Source of the DNA: Spirochaetales bacterium
GTDB taxonomy: Bacteria > Spirochaetota > Spirochaetia > SZUA-6
DNA: 64,000 bases
Assembly (NCBI GenBank): GCA_027021365.1
Contig: JALUUM010000022.1
Location: 19,150-83,149, forward strand
Reading direction: 5' to 3'
The notes beneath the pieces are model-generated. The model searched no databases. It was not told the origin of the DNA and saw only the letters and a program-made list of their open reading frames with translations. The position numbers and the translations under genes are program-made. Of the stretch, positions 19,585-28,226 are shown in pieces (within the stretch, counting starts at the first letter, position 1; every line of letters starts with the position of its first letter).

Positions 19585-20339
19585 TTTATAACCTCTTTAA
19601 CCTGTTTTAAATCTTTGCCGAAGAAGGCAAAGTATAGTGTGCCCAAAACACCAAAGCCGAAGGCCGTTAGAAAATTTGTTGTTGGTGATGCGACTGATTT
19701 TATAAAAGGAATCAATCCATGCCCAATTTCCAGTGTATTAAATACCTGTATCGAGGTTGATGCGTTCCACAGAAAAGCACCTCCAAAAGCAGCCACAGAA
19801 ACTATGACATCGCGTATTAGGTAATACATCCCAAAGGTTGTTGCCTTTTTCCCTTCCGGAGCAAGATCCATTATTAAAGCTTTCCGTGTTGGTTCGCCGA
19901 ACTCCTTCATCCCACGAATGATAAAAGCTATTACCATAAGCCAGAAGGTACGTGAAAAAAGTAGTATCAACGGGAAGAGGGTAAAGAAACCAAAAGTAAT
20001 GACAACAAAAGTTTTTTTGGTATTTCTGTCCGCAAGATATGCAACGGGAATATAAATTATCATTGCAGTAACCATCTCGATTGTTGTCAATACACCAAAT
20101 TGTAGAGGGGTTATGCCATTAACTCTCATGCACCAGAGGACGACAAAGGCGTAGGGAATCTGTTCGCAGAAACGCACAAGAATATCCGATACAAGGAGAG
20201 TGCGAAGCGCGGGACGTATCAATTTTAATCTTTTTTCATTTTCTTTTGCATGGTTTTTTCTTCTGCTATATGTGAAATTAAACCTGGTATTCGAGACATA
20301 ATAAAGCGTTTCCATAATCAAAATCGATTCGAAGATCAA
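19581..20339 (-). CDS. MFS-type transporter, C-terminal 6-TM half only (possibly truncated)
   Basis: 252 aa. It begins with a cytoplasmic-loop-like segment and then six predicted TM helices resembling MFS TM7-12. No N-terminal half is found in the ~330-bp region upstream. It overlaps the ChrB-like gene by 4 nt. Confidence 0.5.
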   Translation of the reverse strand: MIFESILIMETLYYVSNTRFNFTYSRRKNHAKENEKRLKLIRPALRTLLVSDILVRFCEQIPYAFVVLWCMRVNGITPLQFGVLTTIEMVTAMIIYIPVAYLADRNTKKTFVVITFGFFTLFPLILLFSRTFWLMVIAFIIRGMKEFGEPTRKALIMDLAPEGKKATTFGMYYLIRDVIVSVAAFGGAFLWNASTSIQVFNTLEIGHGLIPFIKSVASPTTNFLTAFGFGVLGTLYFAFFGKDLKQVKEVIK

Positions 20340-20672
20340 GAAGGAGTGCGGCTAATGCACCATCGACGTTTATTGGAAGTTCTTTATTTATTTGCGTTAG
20401 ATAGAGAATTTATTATAGCCATTAAAATGGTTACATACTTGCCGCTTATTTTTAATTCATTTGCAATAGAAAGCAGTTTATATGTTCTTGGATCACTTGA
20501 ATGTTATCTATGACCAAAACCGGGAATTTTTTTCCCCTTACTCCTGTATTGTTCTATTAGTTTAATGGCAGTCATTTCTGCCTTGCTATTATCTATCTGA
20601 ACAGATTCACTCTAATTATGGTTTCCTTAAAAGGGAAAATGCTGAATAAGAAGTTATCAAAATAAGAAGTTA

Positions 20673-21266
20673 TCAAATTAAGCACCAACTTTTTATTATT
20701 TTCCAGGTCAAAGAGTATATCCAGTTATCTGTGTTCCATTCTGTGCTATTGAACTGATACAATTTGAAGTTATGAACAGTATATCCTTCACTATCAAATT
20801 GTACCTCCTTGAAAAAATCCATCATATCGATCATAAGATCATCGGTAACATCAGTCATTGATATGGTGATATGTGGAATGAATCTTTCACCAACAAGTTC
20901 AGACTTTGTAAATTCGCAATCCGGTGATATAAATGGTTCTATTGCTCTAAAAGATTTCTCCTGTATTTCCCACAATATTTTATTTTTTTCTTTGGAAAAG
21001 GTAATCCCCAAGCCTTCACCTTCGAAAATTGTCAGATTTGAGGGATAAATCTTGAAGGGTCGATAGTCTTTAATTATTTTGTCCAGGGCATCTATTAGAC
21101 TTTCTATTCTCATGGTTTTACTTGGTTTAAAAAAACCTTTTATTGTCATGTGAATCATGAAGTTCAATGCCGCCTTAATCCTGTACTGATCATATACCAG
21201 ATCTCTCATACACATAATTTTACAACTTAAAGGGTATGGTGGAATAAGATAAAATCCTAACCTCAT
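20673..21266 (-). CDS. 2H phosphoesterase superfamily protein (LigT/2'-5' RNA ligase-like)
   Basis: Two H-x-T-x motifs (MIHMTIKGFF and FIPHITISM) are spaced as in LigT-like cyclic phosphodiesterases. The true start may be an internal Met. Confidence 0.5.
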   Translation of the reverse strand: MRLGFYLIPPYPLSCKIMCMRDLVYDQYRIKAALNFMIHMTIKGFFKPSKTMRIESLIDALDKIIKDYRPFKIYPSNLTIFEGEGLGITFSKEKNKILWEIQEKSFRAIEPFISPDCEFTKSELVGERFIPHITISMTDVTDDLMIDMMDFFKEVQFDSEGYTVHNFKLYQFNSTEWNTDNWIYSLTWKIIKSWCLI

Positions 21267-21268
21267 CT

Positions 21269-22414
21269 TTAAGACCTCCTTAGAGAAACATCACATTTAC
21301 AGGAGTCTCTTTTAATAAATTCAAGATTTATGATCGTTCTGTTGAAGGACGGGAAAGAGTCGTTAAGATTGATATATTGAATGGCATAGTATAATCTTTC
21401 AAAAGAAATTCTGCCGGTTTCCTCCATTTTCTGATCTACGGTTGTGATACTGAACAATTCTGCAATATCGGAATTATCATATCCTGTTACGGCTATTTTT
21501 CTCCCCATCTTTTTTAGTTCATAGATGACGGATGCTGCTACAATGTCTGACATGCATATTATGACATCAACATTGGGAATCGTTTTTAATATTGATTTCA
21601 AGATACGTTTCCCTTCTCGAAATGTATGTGAATCAATAATAAATATATTTTCATCACTATTGACTTTTATGTTGAATGAATCAATTGATTTTTTAAAGAG
21701 AGATACCTTCTTGCTTCTAATCGAGTGATTTTCAGGAGTTAACGAGACAAATGCAGGATTTCGGTATCTATGAAAGCTAAAAAGGTGTACCAATAAATTA
21801 TAAAGAATATTGGTATCGGGATCCACGATTTCTACAACCGGAGGAATTGTAATCTTCTCCCAGGGATGTACCAATACCACTGGTAATTTCTTTTTAAGCA
21901 ATGTCTCAGAATAATCTTTTCGAAATCTACCAGAGACAATAATAAGACCGTCAACCATTCCAAGGAAAGGCATATCGGAAAAGAATCTGCTCTCTTCCTT
22001 TTCAGATATATCATATATATCCACATAGAATCCATACTTTTGAGCTTCTTTTTTGACACCTCGGAGTATTTGTGTATAGAAAATCGGGTTTGGGCTGTTG
22101 GTAAGCGGAGAGATAAAAGCAACGCTTTTCTTTTGAATGCTTCTAAGTTTTTTTGCTGCGTTAGAAGGTGCATAATTTACTATTGCAAACAGTTTTTCAA
22201 GCTTATCCTGCTTGGTTTTGGAAAGGGTGCCTCCCTTATTGTTTATAAAATTGGAGAGTGATGCAACGGATAATCCGCTTAAAGAAGCTAAAAGCTTTAA
22301 ATCTACATCCGGGGCGTTGCTTCGTTTCTGATGTAGCCATGTTCTGTATTTTTTTTCCAATAATTGCGGAGAAGTATCAAATATTTCGGCAATTCTTTCA
22401 AAATCAAGTGTCAT
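21269..22414 (-). CDS. LacI-family transcriptional regulator (HTH + periplasmic-binding-protein-like sugar-binding domain)
   Basis: LacI-type HTH (LASLSGLSVASLSNFINNKGG...KLEKLFAIVNYAPSNAAKKLRS) after a ~40-aa N-terminal extension, followed by a type-I PBP fold. It lies adjacent to a sugar ABC operon. Confidence 0.6.
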   Translation of the reverse strand: MTLDFERIAEIFDTSPQLLEKKYRTWLHQKRSNAPDVDLKLLASLSGLSVASLSNFINNKGGTLSKTKQDKLEKLFAIVNYAPSNAAKKLRSIQKKSVAFISPLTNSPNPIFYTQILRGVKKEAQKYGFYVDIYDISEKEESRFFSDMPFLGMVDGLIIVSGRFRKDYSETLLKKKLPVVLVHPWEKITIPPVVEIVDPDTNILYNLLVHLFSFHRYRNPAFVSLTPENHSIRSKKVSLFKKSIDSFNIKVNSDENIFIIDSHTFREGKRILKSILKTIPNVDVIICMSDIVAASVIYELKKMGRKIAVTGYDNSDIAELFSITTVDQKMEETGRISFERLYYAIQYINLNDSFPSFNRTIINLEFIKRDSCKCDVSLRRS

Positions 22415-22459
22415 TATAATGCCTTTATTGTTAATTCTTTGCCCAATATTCTGAATGTA

Positions 22460-23311
22460 TCATCCCTTTATACCCGAATGCATAAAACTCTGAATAAATC
22501 TTCTCTGGAAGATAACAAATATTGTCAGGAGAGGAAAGACAACTATAATGGTTGCAGCCATAGTGAGAGTCCATTCAGGTGTGCTCTCAGTAGCTTGTGT
22601 TAGCATTGCCAGGCCAACTGTAAGAGTCCTTGCACGTACCGTGTCTGTAACAATGAGGGGCCAAAAAAACTCATTCCAATGATAAGTTACACTAACCAAG
22701 GCAAATGCTATGAAAGAAGGTTTGGCCAGTGGTATAAATACATGGAATACTGTTTTCAAGCCTTCACACCCGTCAATTTTTGCGGCATCTTCTATGTCAC
22801 GTGGTATTGCCCTGAAAGCCTGTCGTAACAGGAATGTTCCGAATGCCGAAGCAAAATATACTACTCCAATTGCCAGCTTTGTATCCAGGAGTTTCAATGA
22901 AGCAATTGTTATATAATTGGGCACGACAATGCTTTGAGGTGGAATCATTAGTTGTAATAAGAAAAATAAAAAAATGATGTCTCGGCCGGGAAATTTTAAT
23001 CGAGCGAAAGCATAGCTGGCCAGAGAAATAGTTACTAACTGCACAGCCAGAATACTGATAACCAGTATTATTGTATTCATATAGTAGCGTCCAAATGGAG
23101 CAACTTCCATTGCATCTCTGAAATTTGTGAATATTATTTTCTTTGGGATCCAATGAAAATCTGTACTTAGAAGTTCAGGTAGACTTTTAAATGCTGTACT
23201 AACCATTAAAAAAAGTGGAATTAGTACTAGAATTGAAATAACAAATAACAGAATATGGCTGAGTATATTGTGTTTTACCAATCTTTTTAGTACGGAATAC
23301 TTAAACTTCAT
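22460..23311 (-). CDS. Carbohydrate ABC transporter permease (MalG/UgpE-like)
   Basis: 6-TM permease with the EAA-like loop (AAKIDGCEGLKTVFHVFIPLAKP). The likely start is the internal ATG at 23311 (MKFKYSVLKRL); the track start at 23359 is in frame. Confidence 0.85.
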   Translation of the reverse strand: MKFKYSVLKRLVKHNILSHILLFVISILVLIPLFLMVSTAFKSLPELLSTDFHWIPKKIIFTNFRDAMEVAPFGRYYMNTIILVISILAVQLVTISLASYAFARLKFPGRDIIFLFFLLQLMIPPQSIVVPNYITIASLKLLDTKLAIGVVYFASAFGTFLLRQAFRAIPRDIEDAAKIDGCEGLKTVFHVFIPLAKPSFIAFALVSVTYHWNEFFWPLIVTDTVRARTLTVGLAMLTQATESTPEWTLTMAATIIVVFPLLTIFVIFQRRFIQSFMHSGIKG

Positions 23312-24170
23312 AGTATACCCTTCTTCCAATTGACCTGAATATGAAAGAAACGAGTACAAGCAAAAAAATGATCAAAATTGTAGTTAATGTAGCACCAATA
23401 CCCCTGTTCCAGAATCTGAAAGCTTGTTCATAGATATAATACACTATCAAGTTGGTTGAATTAGCAGGACCTCCCTGAGTCATTATGTAAACCTGATCAA
23501 TTGCCTGTAATGAATTAATTATATTAATGATAAAAATAAAAAAAGTGTAAGATGATATCATTGGAAATATCACATAAGAAAAACGCTGTCTACCGTTAGC
23601 TCCCTCTACGATTGCTGCATCTATAAGGGATTTTGGAATATTTTGTAATCCGGCAAGAAATAGAATCATGTAGTAGCCAATATATTTCCAAATTCCGACC
23701 GCAATAATGCTCCATAGGGCAATTTTTGCATTATTCAACCAATTTATATTTGGAAAGCCTAATTTACCAAGGAAAAAGTCAAGCAAACCATAATCAGGAA
23801 TATACATCCACTTCCATATTAGAGCGGCAGCAGCCATAGGTATAACAGTGGGGTAAAACAGGGCTACCTTGTAAAAACTGCTCATGAACAGGACTTTATT
23901 AACCTGAATTGCCAGGAATAGGGCAAGAGACATACTTATAACAATTGTACTTAGAGAATATATCACTGAATTTTTCAGCACTTTCCAAAAATCAGGATTC
24001 TTGAATAAATCGATGTAGTTAGAAAATCCGGTAAAAACTTTACTGGGGTAACTTGTGTTCCATTTGAAAAAACTCAGGTAAATTGCCCTGAATACCGGGT
24101 AATATGTGAAAATAATAAGAAAAAATAAAGCAGGTAACAGATACAAATAAGGCTTTAATTTTTTTAACAT
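23301..24170 (-). CDS. Carbohydrate ABC transporter permease (MalF/UgpA-like)
   Basis: 6-TM permease with a conserved loop (DAAIVEGANGRQRFSYVIFP). Confidence 0.85.
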   Translation of the reverse strand: MLKKLKPYLYLLPALFFLIIFTYYPVFRAIYLSFFKWNTSYPSKVFTGFSNYIDLFKNPDFWKVLKNSVIYSLSTIVISMSLALFLAIQVNKVLFMSSFYKVALFYPTVIPMAAAALIWKWMYIPDYGLLDFFLGKLGFPNINWLNNAKIALWSIIAVGIWKYIGYYMILFLAGLQNIPKSLIDAAIVEGANGRQRFSYVIFPMISSYTFFIFIINIINSLQAIDQVYIMTQGGPANSTNLIVYYIYEQAFRFWNRGIGATLTTILIIFLLVLVSFIFRSIGRRVYYEV

Positions 24171-24185
24171 TTTTCCCTCGATAAT

Positions 24186-24213
24186 CCGGATAGACCCATA
24201 GGGGCCTATCCGG
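24186..24213 (-). promoter_or_regulatory. Intercistronic stem-loop between the SBP and permease genes (8-bp stem ccggatag/ctatccgg, 12-nt loop)
   Basis: Perfect inverted repeat seen in sequence, with no following U-run. This resembles the mRNA-stabilising hairpins found after binding-protein genes, as with malE-malF. Confidence 0.4.
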
Positions 24214-24227
24214 AATGAATAAGAGTA

Positions 24228-25511
24228 CTATTGATAAGCCTCAAGAATTTTATCGGCCTTGGCTTGAGCCTGTTTCAATGTTGCATCCAGGTCTGCACCA
24301 CCCATAATTTCTTCAGTCGTTGAGTTCACGAGTTTTACAATTTCGTTTACCCTATGAGTCATCATGTTTCTCTCAGTATCAACTTCCATCAATTGCTTAT
24401 ATGCTGTCAAAGCTTGAGGCCACTTATCAGTATATTCCTTATATTCTGGAATATTAAAAGCGGCTTTCTTTACAGGAATATAACCTGAACCAAGGCTCCA
24501 CCTGGCGGTGTTTTCTGGCTTTGTCATCCATTTTATGAATTTCCAGGCGGCTGCTTCGTGTGTCTTGGTTGTTTTGAAGATGAAAAAGTTTCCTCCTCCT
24601 TCAATACATACTCTTCGTTTGTATGCTGGGAGGAAAGCTGTATTGAAATCATATTTTGTGGATTTCCGTATATGGGTAAGAGCACCGGTAGAGTTATAGA
24701 GTATACCTGTTACCCCCGCTGTAAAATCATTTACGGTTTCAGCCCATTGTTTGACAGCGGGCATTATCTTTTCGTTGGCCATGCCTAATAGAAAATTGAA
24801 AACTACCCGGGATTCTGGTGTATCGATGCTTATCTTTGTACCAGCTTCATTATCTAGCTCTCCTCCTGCCTGCAAAAGCAGAGGCTTAAAAAGCCAGAAA
24901 TTAATTGCTATTTCAACACCCCACCTTGAAACCTGACCACTCGTGTCGGTTTTTGTCAGCTTTCTTGAATAGTTTCGCAGGTCATCCCATGTGGCAGGGG
25001 GCTTTTCGGGATCTAGCCCTACTTCTCTGAAAAAATCTCTGTTATAGTAGAGTATTGGGGTGCTGCGCTGCCATGGTATAGACCATATTTTTCCGTCATG
25101 CCTTGCAATTTTCATGAAAGCCGGGATAAATTCATCTACATAAGATTTTCCACCCTCCTGATCAATAAATGTATCCAATGGGATAATGGCATTTATATCA
25201 AGTAGCGTTAAAAGAGTTGGAGCATCAAGCACTGCAACATCTGGTGGTTTTCCTGCCAGAAATGCTGTTTGTGCCTTTTCCATTGCTTCACGATAGCCAC
25301 CGGCGAAAATGGATTCTACATATACCTCATTTTGTGATTTGTTGAAGTCTGCTACCATACTATCCATTAGTTTGGCCAAAGCTCCTGCAACACCAACCGG
25401 ATAGTACATTCGCAAGTAAATCACCCCTTTCTCTTCCTGCTTGCCCTCTGTCCATCCGAGTGACACGATTAATGTGATTGTTAAGATGATTAATAAAATC
25501 TTTTTTGACAT
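24228..25511 (-). CDS. ABC transporter extracellular solute-binding protein (family 1, carbohydrate)
   Basis: 427-aa ORF with an N-terminal signal/TM. SBP_bac_1-like composition with many Trp/Tyr/Asp. It is the first gene of a minus-strand operon with two permeases. Confidence 0.8.
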   Translation of the reverse strand: MSKKILLIILTITLIVSLGWTEGKQEEKGVIYLRMYYPVGVAGALAKLMDSMVADFNKSQNEVYVESIFAGGYREAMEKAQTAFLAGKPPDVAVLDAPTLLTLLDINAIIPLDTFIDQEGGKSYVDEFIPAFMKIARHDGKIWSIPWQRSTPILYYNRDFFREVGLDPEKPPATWDDLRNYSRKLTKTDTSGQVSRWGVEIAINFWLFKPLLLQAGGELDNEAGTKISIDTPESRVVFNFLLGMANEKIMPAVKQWAETVNDFTAGVTGILYNSTGALTHIRKSTKYDFNTAFLPAYKRRVCIEGGGNFFIFKTTKTHEAAAWKFIKWMTKPENTARWSLGSGYIPVKKAAFNIPEYKEYTDKWPQALTAYKQLMEVDTERNMMTHRVNEIVKLVNSTTEEIMGGADLDATLKQAQAKADKILEAYQ

Positions 25512-25763
25512 TCAATCCTCCTTACTTATTTGGAAATTAAATAACTAAAGTAAAACTTCTCTTTCATCACCTCCTTTCTAATTGTGATCATCCATCGATG
25601 TCCGCCAATCTGTGTTAATCCTCTGAAAACCCAAATACTTAAACGTTCTACTAAAACGTTTAAGTATAATTATATTAGCATCGATAGCTATTATTGTCAA
25701 TAAGACTTAAGTATTTTCAATTATATACATCAATTTTCTGGCTCCACCCTCTGCCAGCGGCCA

Positions 25764-25915
25764 AAAAGAACCAGCCCCGGGTAATGCTCGCTGCCACCCA
25801 AAAGAACCAGCCCTGGATAGCGCCAGCCGATCAAAAGAATCAACCCCGGGTAATGCTCGCTGCCACCTAAAAGAACCAGCCCTGGGTAGCGCCAGCCGAT
25901 CAAAAGAATCAACCC
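25764..25915. repeat. Tandem repeat of ~69-bp units (about 2.2 copies; alternating ~36-bp and ~33-bp sub-units beginning AAAAGAA(C/T)CA)
   Basis: Direct reading shows aaaagaaccagccccgggtaatgctcgctgccaccc / aaaagaaccagccctggatagcgccagccgatc repeated with few substitutions. The array overlaps the stop codon of the 25909-27072 gene and lies upstream of the sugar ABC operon. The 60-aa minus-strand ORF over it is an artefact. Confidence 0.75.
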
Positions 25916-27072
25916 TTCAGTATTTCATCGATTTCCCTGTTCGAGAGAAAGTTTATCACCAGGGGTTGGGACAGGTCATTCTGTGATTGCTGCCACAGTG
26001 CATATATTCCTTCTTCCGTTACAAGGGTAGAGACATATCTGCTGGAACCGGTACCGTAAGGAGAGACAAACATGGGCAGTTCAACGGAGAGCCTTTCCAC
26101 TACCGGAAAGTATCCATCCATTGAAAATGCAAGTCCCCCTATCTCTTCGCAGGAATAACCCCTCGGCCTCTTTACGGCACTGGGATGTTCCTCGTACTTC
26201 CTCACCGATTCACCACCGTCGTAGAAAATCAGGTAGATATGCGGTAGCTCCTTGAGGATACCCCTCTTGGGAACCTTGAGAAAGTCAGTTGCCCTTGTCA
26301 TGGCTACATCCCAGGTATATCCCCTGGGGAAAAAGGTAAGATTCACCTCCTTTATCTTGTCTGTTTCCCCGTCCCTCACGGCAAATCCGCTGTTCGAGCT
26401 GGTCCAGCAGAAGGGATGGGTGCAGAATCCCACTACGGTATCGCCCCTGTCATTTGTGAAACCGAATGGGTCTTTGATGTGGAGGAATCTCGAATCGTCA
26501 GAATCGAGAAACAGGTTGATATTTGCCGGCTCCAGGGCTTCCGCGTTTTCACCCTCGATGAGATCGATGCTCCATACACCGGTTCCCGGCTTTTTGAAAG
26601 TCTCCAGTCCTTCAGGGTATTCGACTCCACCCTTTTCCGTAGATACATAGAATTCCATGTATCTTGCATTATCAGTGCTTTTGCCGCCGCTCTTTATGTT
26701 CAGCCAGGAACCTTCGATCGATATGACCTCTCTGTCCCCGTAACTCAAGTCTTTTTTTGAAAAGGCCTTTACCTTCTTGAAGGTCTTTCCCCTGTCTTCA
26801 GACTTGAATATGGCAAGCTCAAAACCTCTCGTGCCCTTTTGGGTCCCGTACCTGGAATCCCCTGCATTCCTGTACCTTCCGCACAGGTAAAAGTTGCCAG
26901 AATCATCTTCTGCCATGTTTCCCCCTCCAAACCAGAAGCCCTCCTTCCTCTCCATGGGTTCTATTATTATCCTCGCTTTCTCCTGGTCAATAAGGGCCAA
27001 TGCTAGCTCCTTAAGCCTCTCTCTGATCCCTTGATCAAGCTCTATTGCATTTCTCGTATCGATGATTTTCAT
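25909..27072 (-). CDS. Hypothetical protein, possibly a beta-propeller/glycosidase-like enzyme
   Basis: 387-aa ORF with no signal peptide and a composition rich in G/D/W/Y. I cannot assign a family by eye. Its position next to sugar-uptake genes suggests carbohydrate metabolism. Confidence 0.5.
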   Translation of the reverse strand: MKIIDTRNAIELDQGIRERLKELALALIDQEKARIIIEPMERKEGFWFGGGNMAEDDSGNFYLCGRYRNAGDSRYGTQKGTRGFELAIFKSEDRGKTFKKVKAFSKKDLSYGDREVISIEGSWLNIKSGGKSTDNARYMEFYVSTEKGGVEYPEGLETFKKPGTGVWSIDLIEGENAEALEPANINLFLDSDDSRFLHIKDPFGFTNDRGDTVVGFCTHPFCWTSSNSGFAVRDGETDKIKEVNLTFFPRGYTWDVAMTRATDFLKVPKRGILKELPHIYLIFYDGGESVRKYEEHPSAVKRPRGYSCEEIGGLAFSMDGYFPVVERLSVELPMFVSPYGTGSSRYVSTLVTEEGIYALWQQSQNDLSQPLVINFLSNREIDEILKG

Positions 27073-27198
27073 CTGTCAAATCCTCCGCTCTGCTATTACT
27101 AGTATTTAATGCCCCTGCATATCGCCGTGTCAATCGAGTTTCCTGCTGTTTTCCTTTAAAAAATGAAATATCCTGATAGAAGTGTTACTGGTTACACT

Positions 27199-28206
27199 AT
27201 GAAACCTAATTGTTATATTTTCCTGCTTATCGTGCTTGTTTTTCTTGTTTTGGCTATTCTCTCCGGTTGTCAGGGTGTGAGCCGAAATAATAACGGAGAG
27301 ATAGATTACAGAAAAGAGATGCGGGCCTTTGTGGAAAGTATTGCCGAATATGCGAGAAGCAAGGAACCGAATTTTATCATCATACCTCAAAATGGAGCCG
27401 AACTTGTAAGTTCTACAGGAGAGGCTAACGGTCCGGCAGATATGAATTACCTTGCAGCGATCAATGGAATGGGACAGGAATCCCTGTTTTATGGCTATTT
27501 GCAGGATGATGTGGAAACGCCGCCAGAGACGACCGAATGGACGAGTTCATTTCTTGACCTTGCCAGAGATAATGGCAATATAAGGATTCTCGTTACCGAT
27601 TACTGTTCGACGCCTAGCAAAATGGATATTTCCTATTCCATGAACAATTCTCGAGGATACATCTCCTTTGCTGCGGATCACAGGGGACTCGATGATATCC
27701 CCGGTTACCCGGCCTTTCCGTACAACAGCAATAGTTCCGATATAGCAGAGCTTTCCCAGGCAAAGAACTTTCTATACTTGATCGATCCTGAAAATTACGG
27801 CTCAGTCGATACTTACACAAAGGCCCTGGCTGATACCGATTATGATGTCATAATCATGGACCTCTTTTTTGCAAGTACTGCGCTAACCTCCAACCAGGTT
27901 TCCGGGCTCAAAACGAAGGCAAGTGGAGGCAAGAGGCTGCTCATAGCATATATGAGTATCGGGGAAGCTGAAGATTACAGATACTACTGGAAGGTTGAAT
28001 GGGCAGTCAATCCTCCGAAGTGGTTGAAGGAAGAGAATCCCGACTGGCCGGGGAATTACAAGGTGGAATACTGGGACAAGGACTGGCAAGATATAATATA
28101 CGGAAACAAGGATTCATACATCGAGAAGATTCTTGCCGCCGGCTTCGACGGTGCTTACCTCGATATAATAGATGCCTTTGAGTATTTCGAAGAAGCCCAA
28201 CGGTAA
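27199..28206 (+). CDS. Glycoside hydrolase family 114-like (endo-alpha-1,4-polygalactosaminidase-like TIM barrel) lipoprotein
   Basis: Signal peptide + lipobox (LAILSGCQG) from the internal ATG at 27199. Motifs include LIAYMSIGEAEDYRYYW and AAGFDGAYLDIIDAF, which are characteristic of the GH114/DUF297 family. Confidence 0.5.
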   Translation: MKPNCYIFLLIVLVFLVLAILSGCQGVSRNNNGEIDYRKEMRAFVESIAEYARSKEPNFIIIPQNGAELVSSTGEANGPADMNYLAAINGMGQESLFYGYLQDDVETPPETTEWTSSFLDLARDNGNIRILVTDYCSTPSKMDISYSMNNSRGYISFAADHRGLDDIPGYPAFPYNSNSSDIAELSQAKNFLYLIDPENYGSVDTYTKALADTDYDVIIMDLFFASTALTSNQVSGLKTKASGGKRLLIAYMSIGEAEDYRYYWKVEWAVNPPKWLKEENPDWPGNYKVEYWDKDWQDIIYGNKDSYIEKILAAGFDGAYLDIIDAFEYFEEAQR

Positions 28207-28226
28207 TGCACTGTGCAATTGTGCAA

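Noticed and set aside
19309-19824. 171-aa plus-strand ORF spanning the ChrB-like and MFS genes
   Set aside because: It is antisense to two minus-strand genes with recognisable domains, and it has no RBS or motifs.
25730-25912. 60-aa ORF with internally repetitive sequence (PGLVLLGGSEHYPGL…)
   Set aside because: Its repetitiveness is the translation of the ~69-bp tandem DNA repeat. It has no RBS or plausible start context, so it is treated as a repeat and not a gene.
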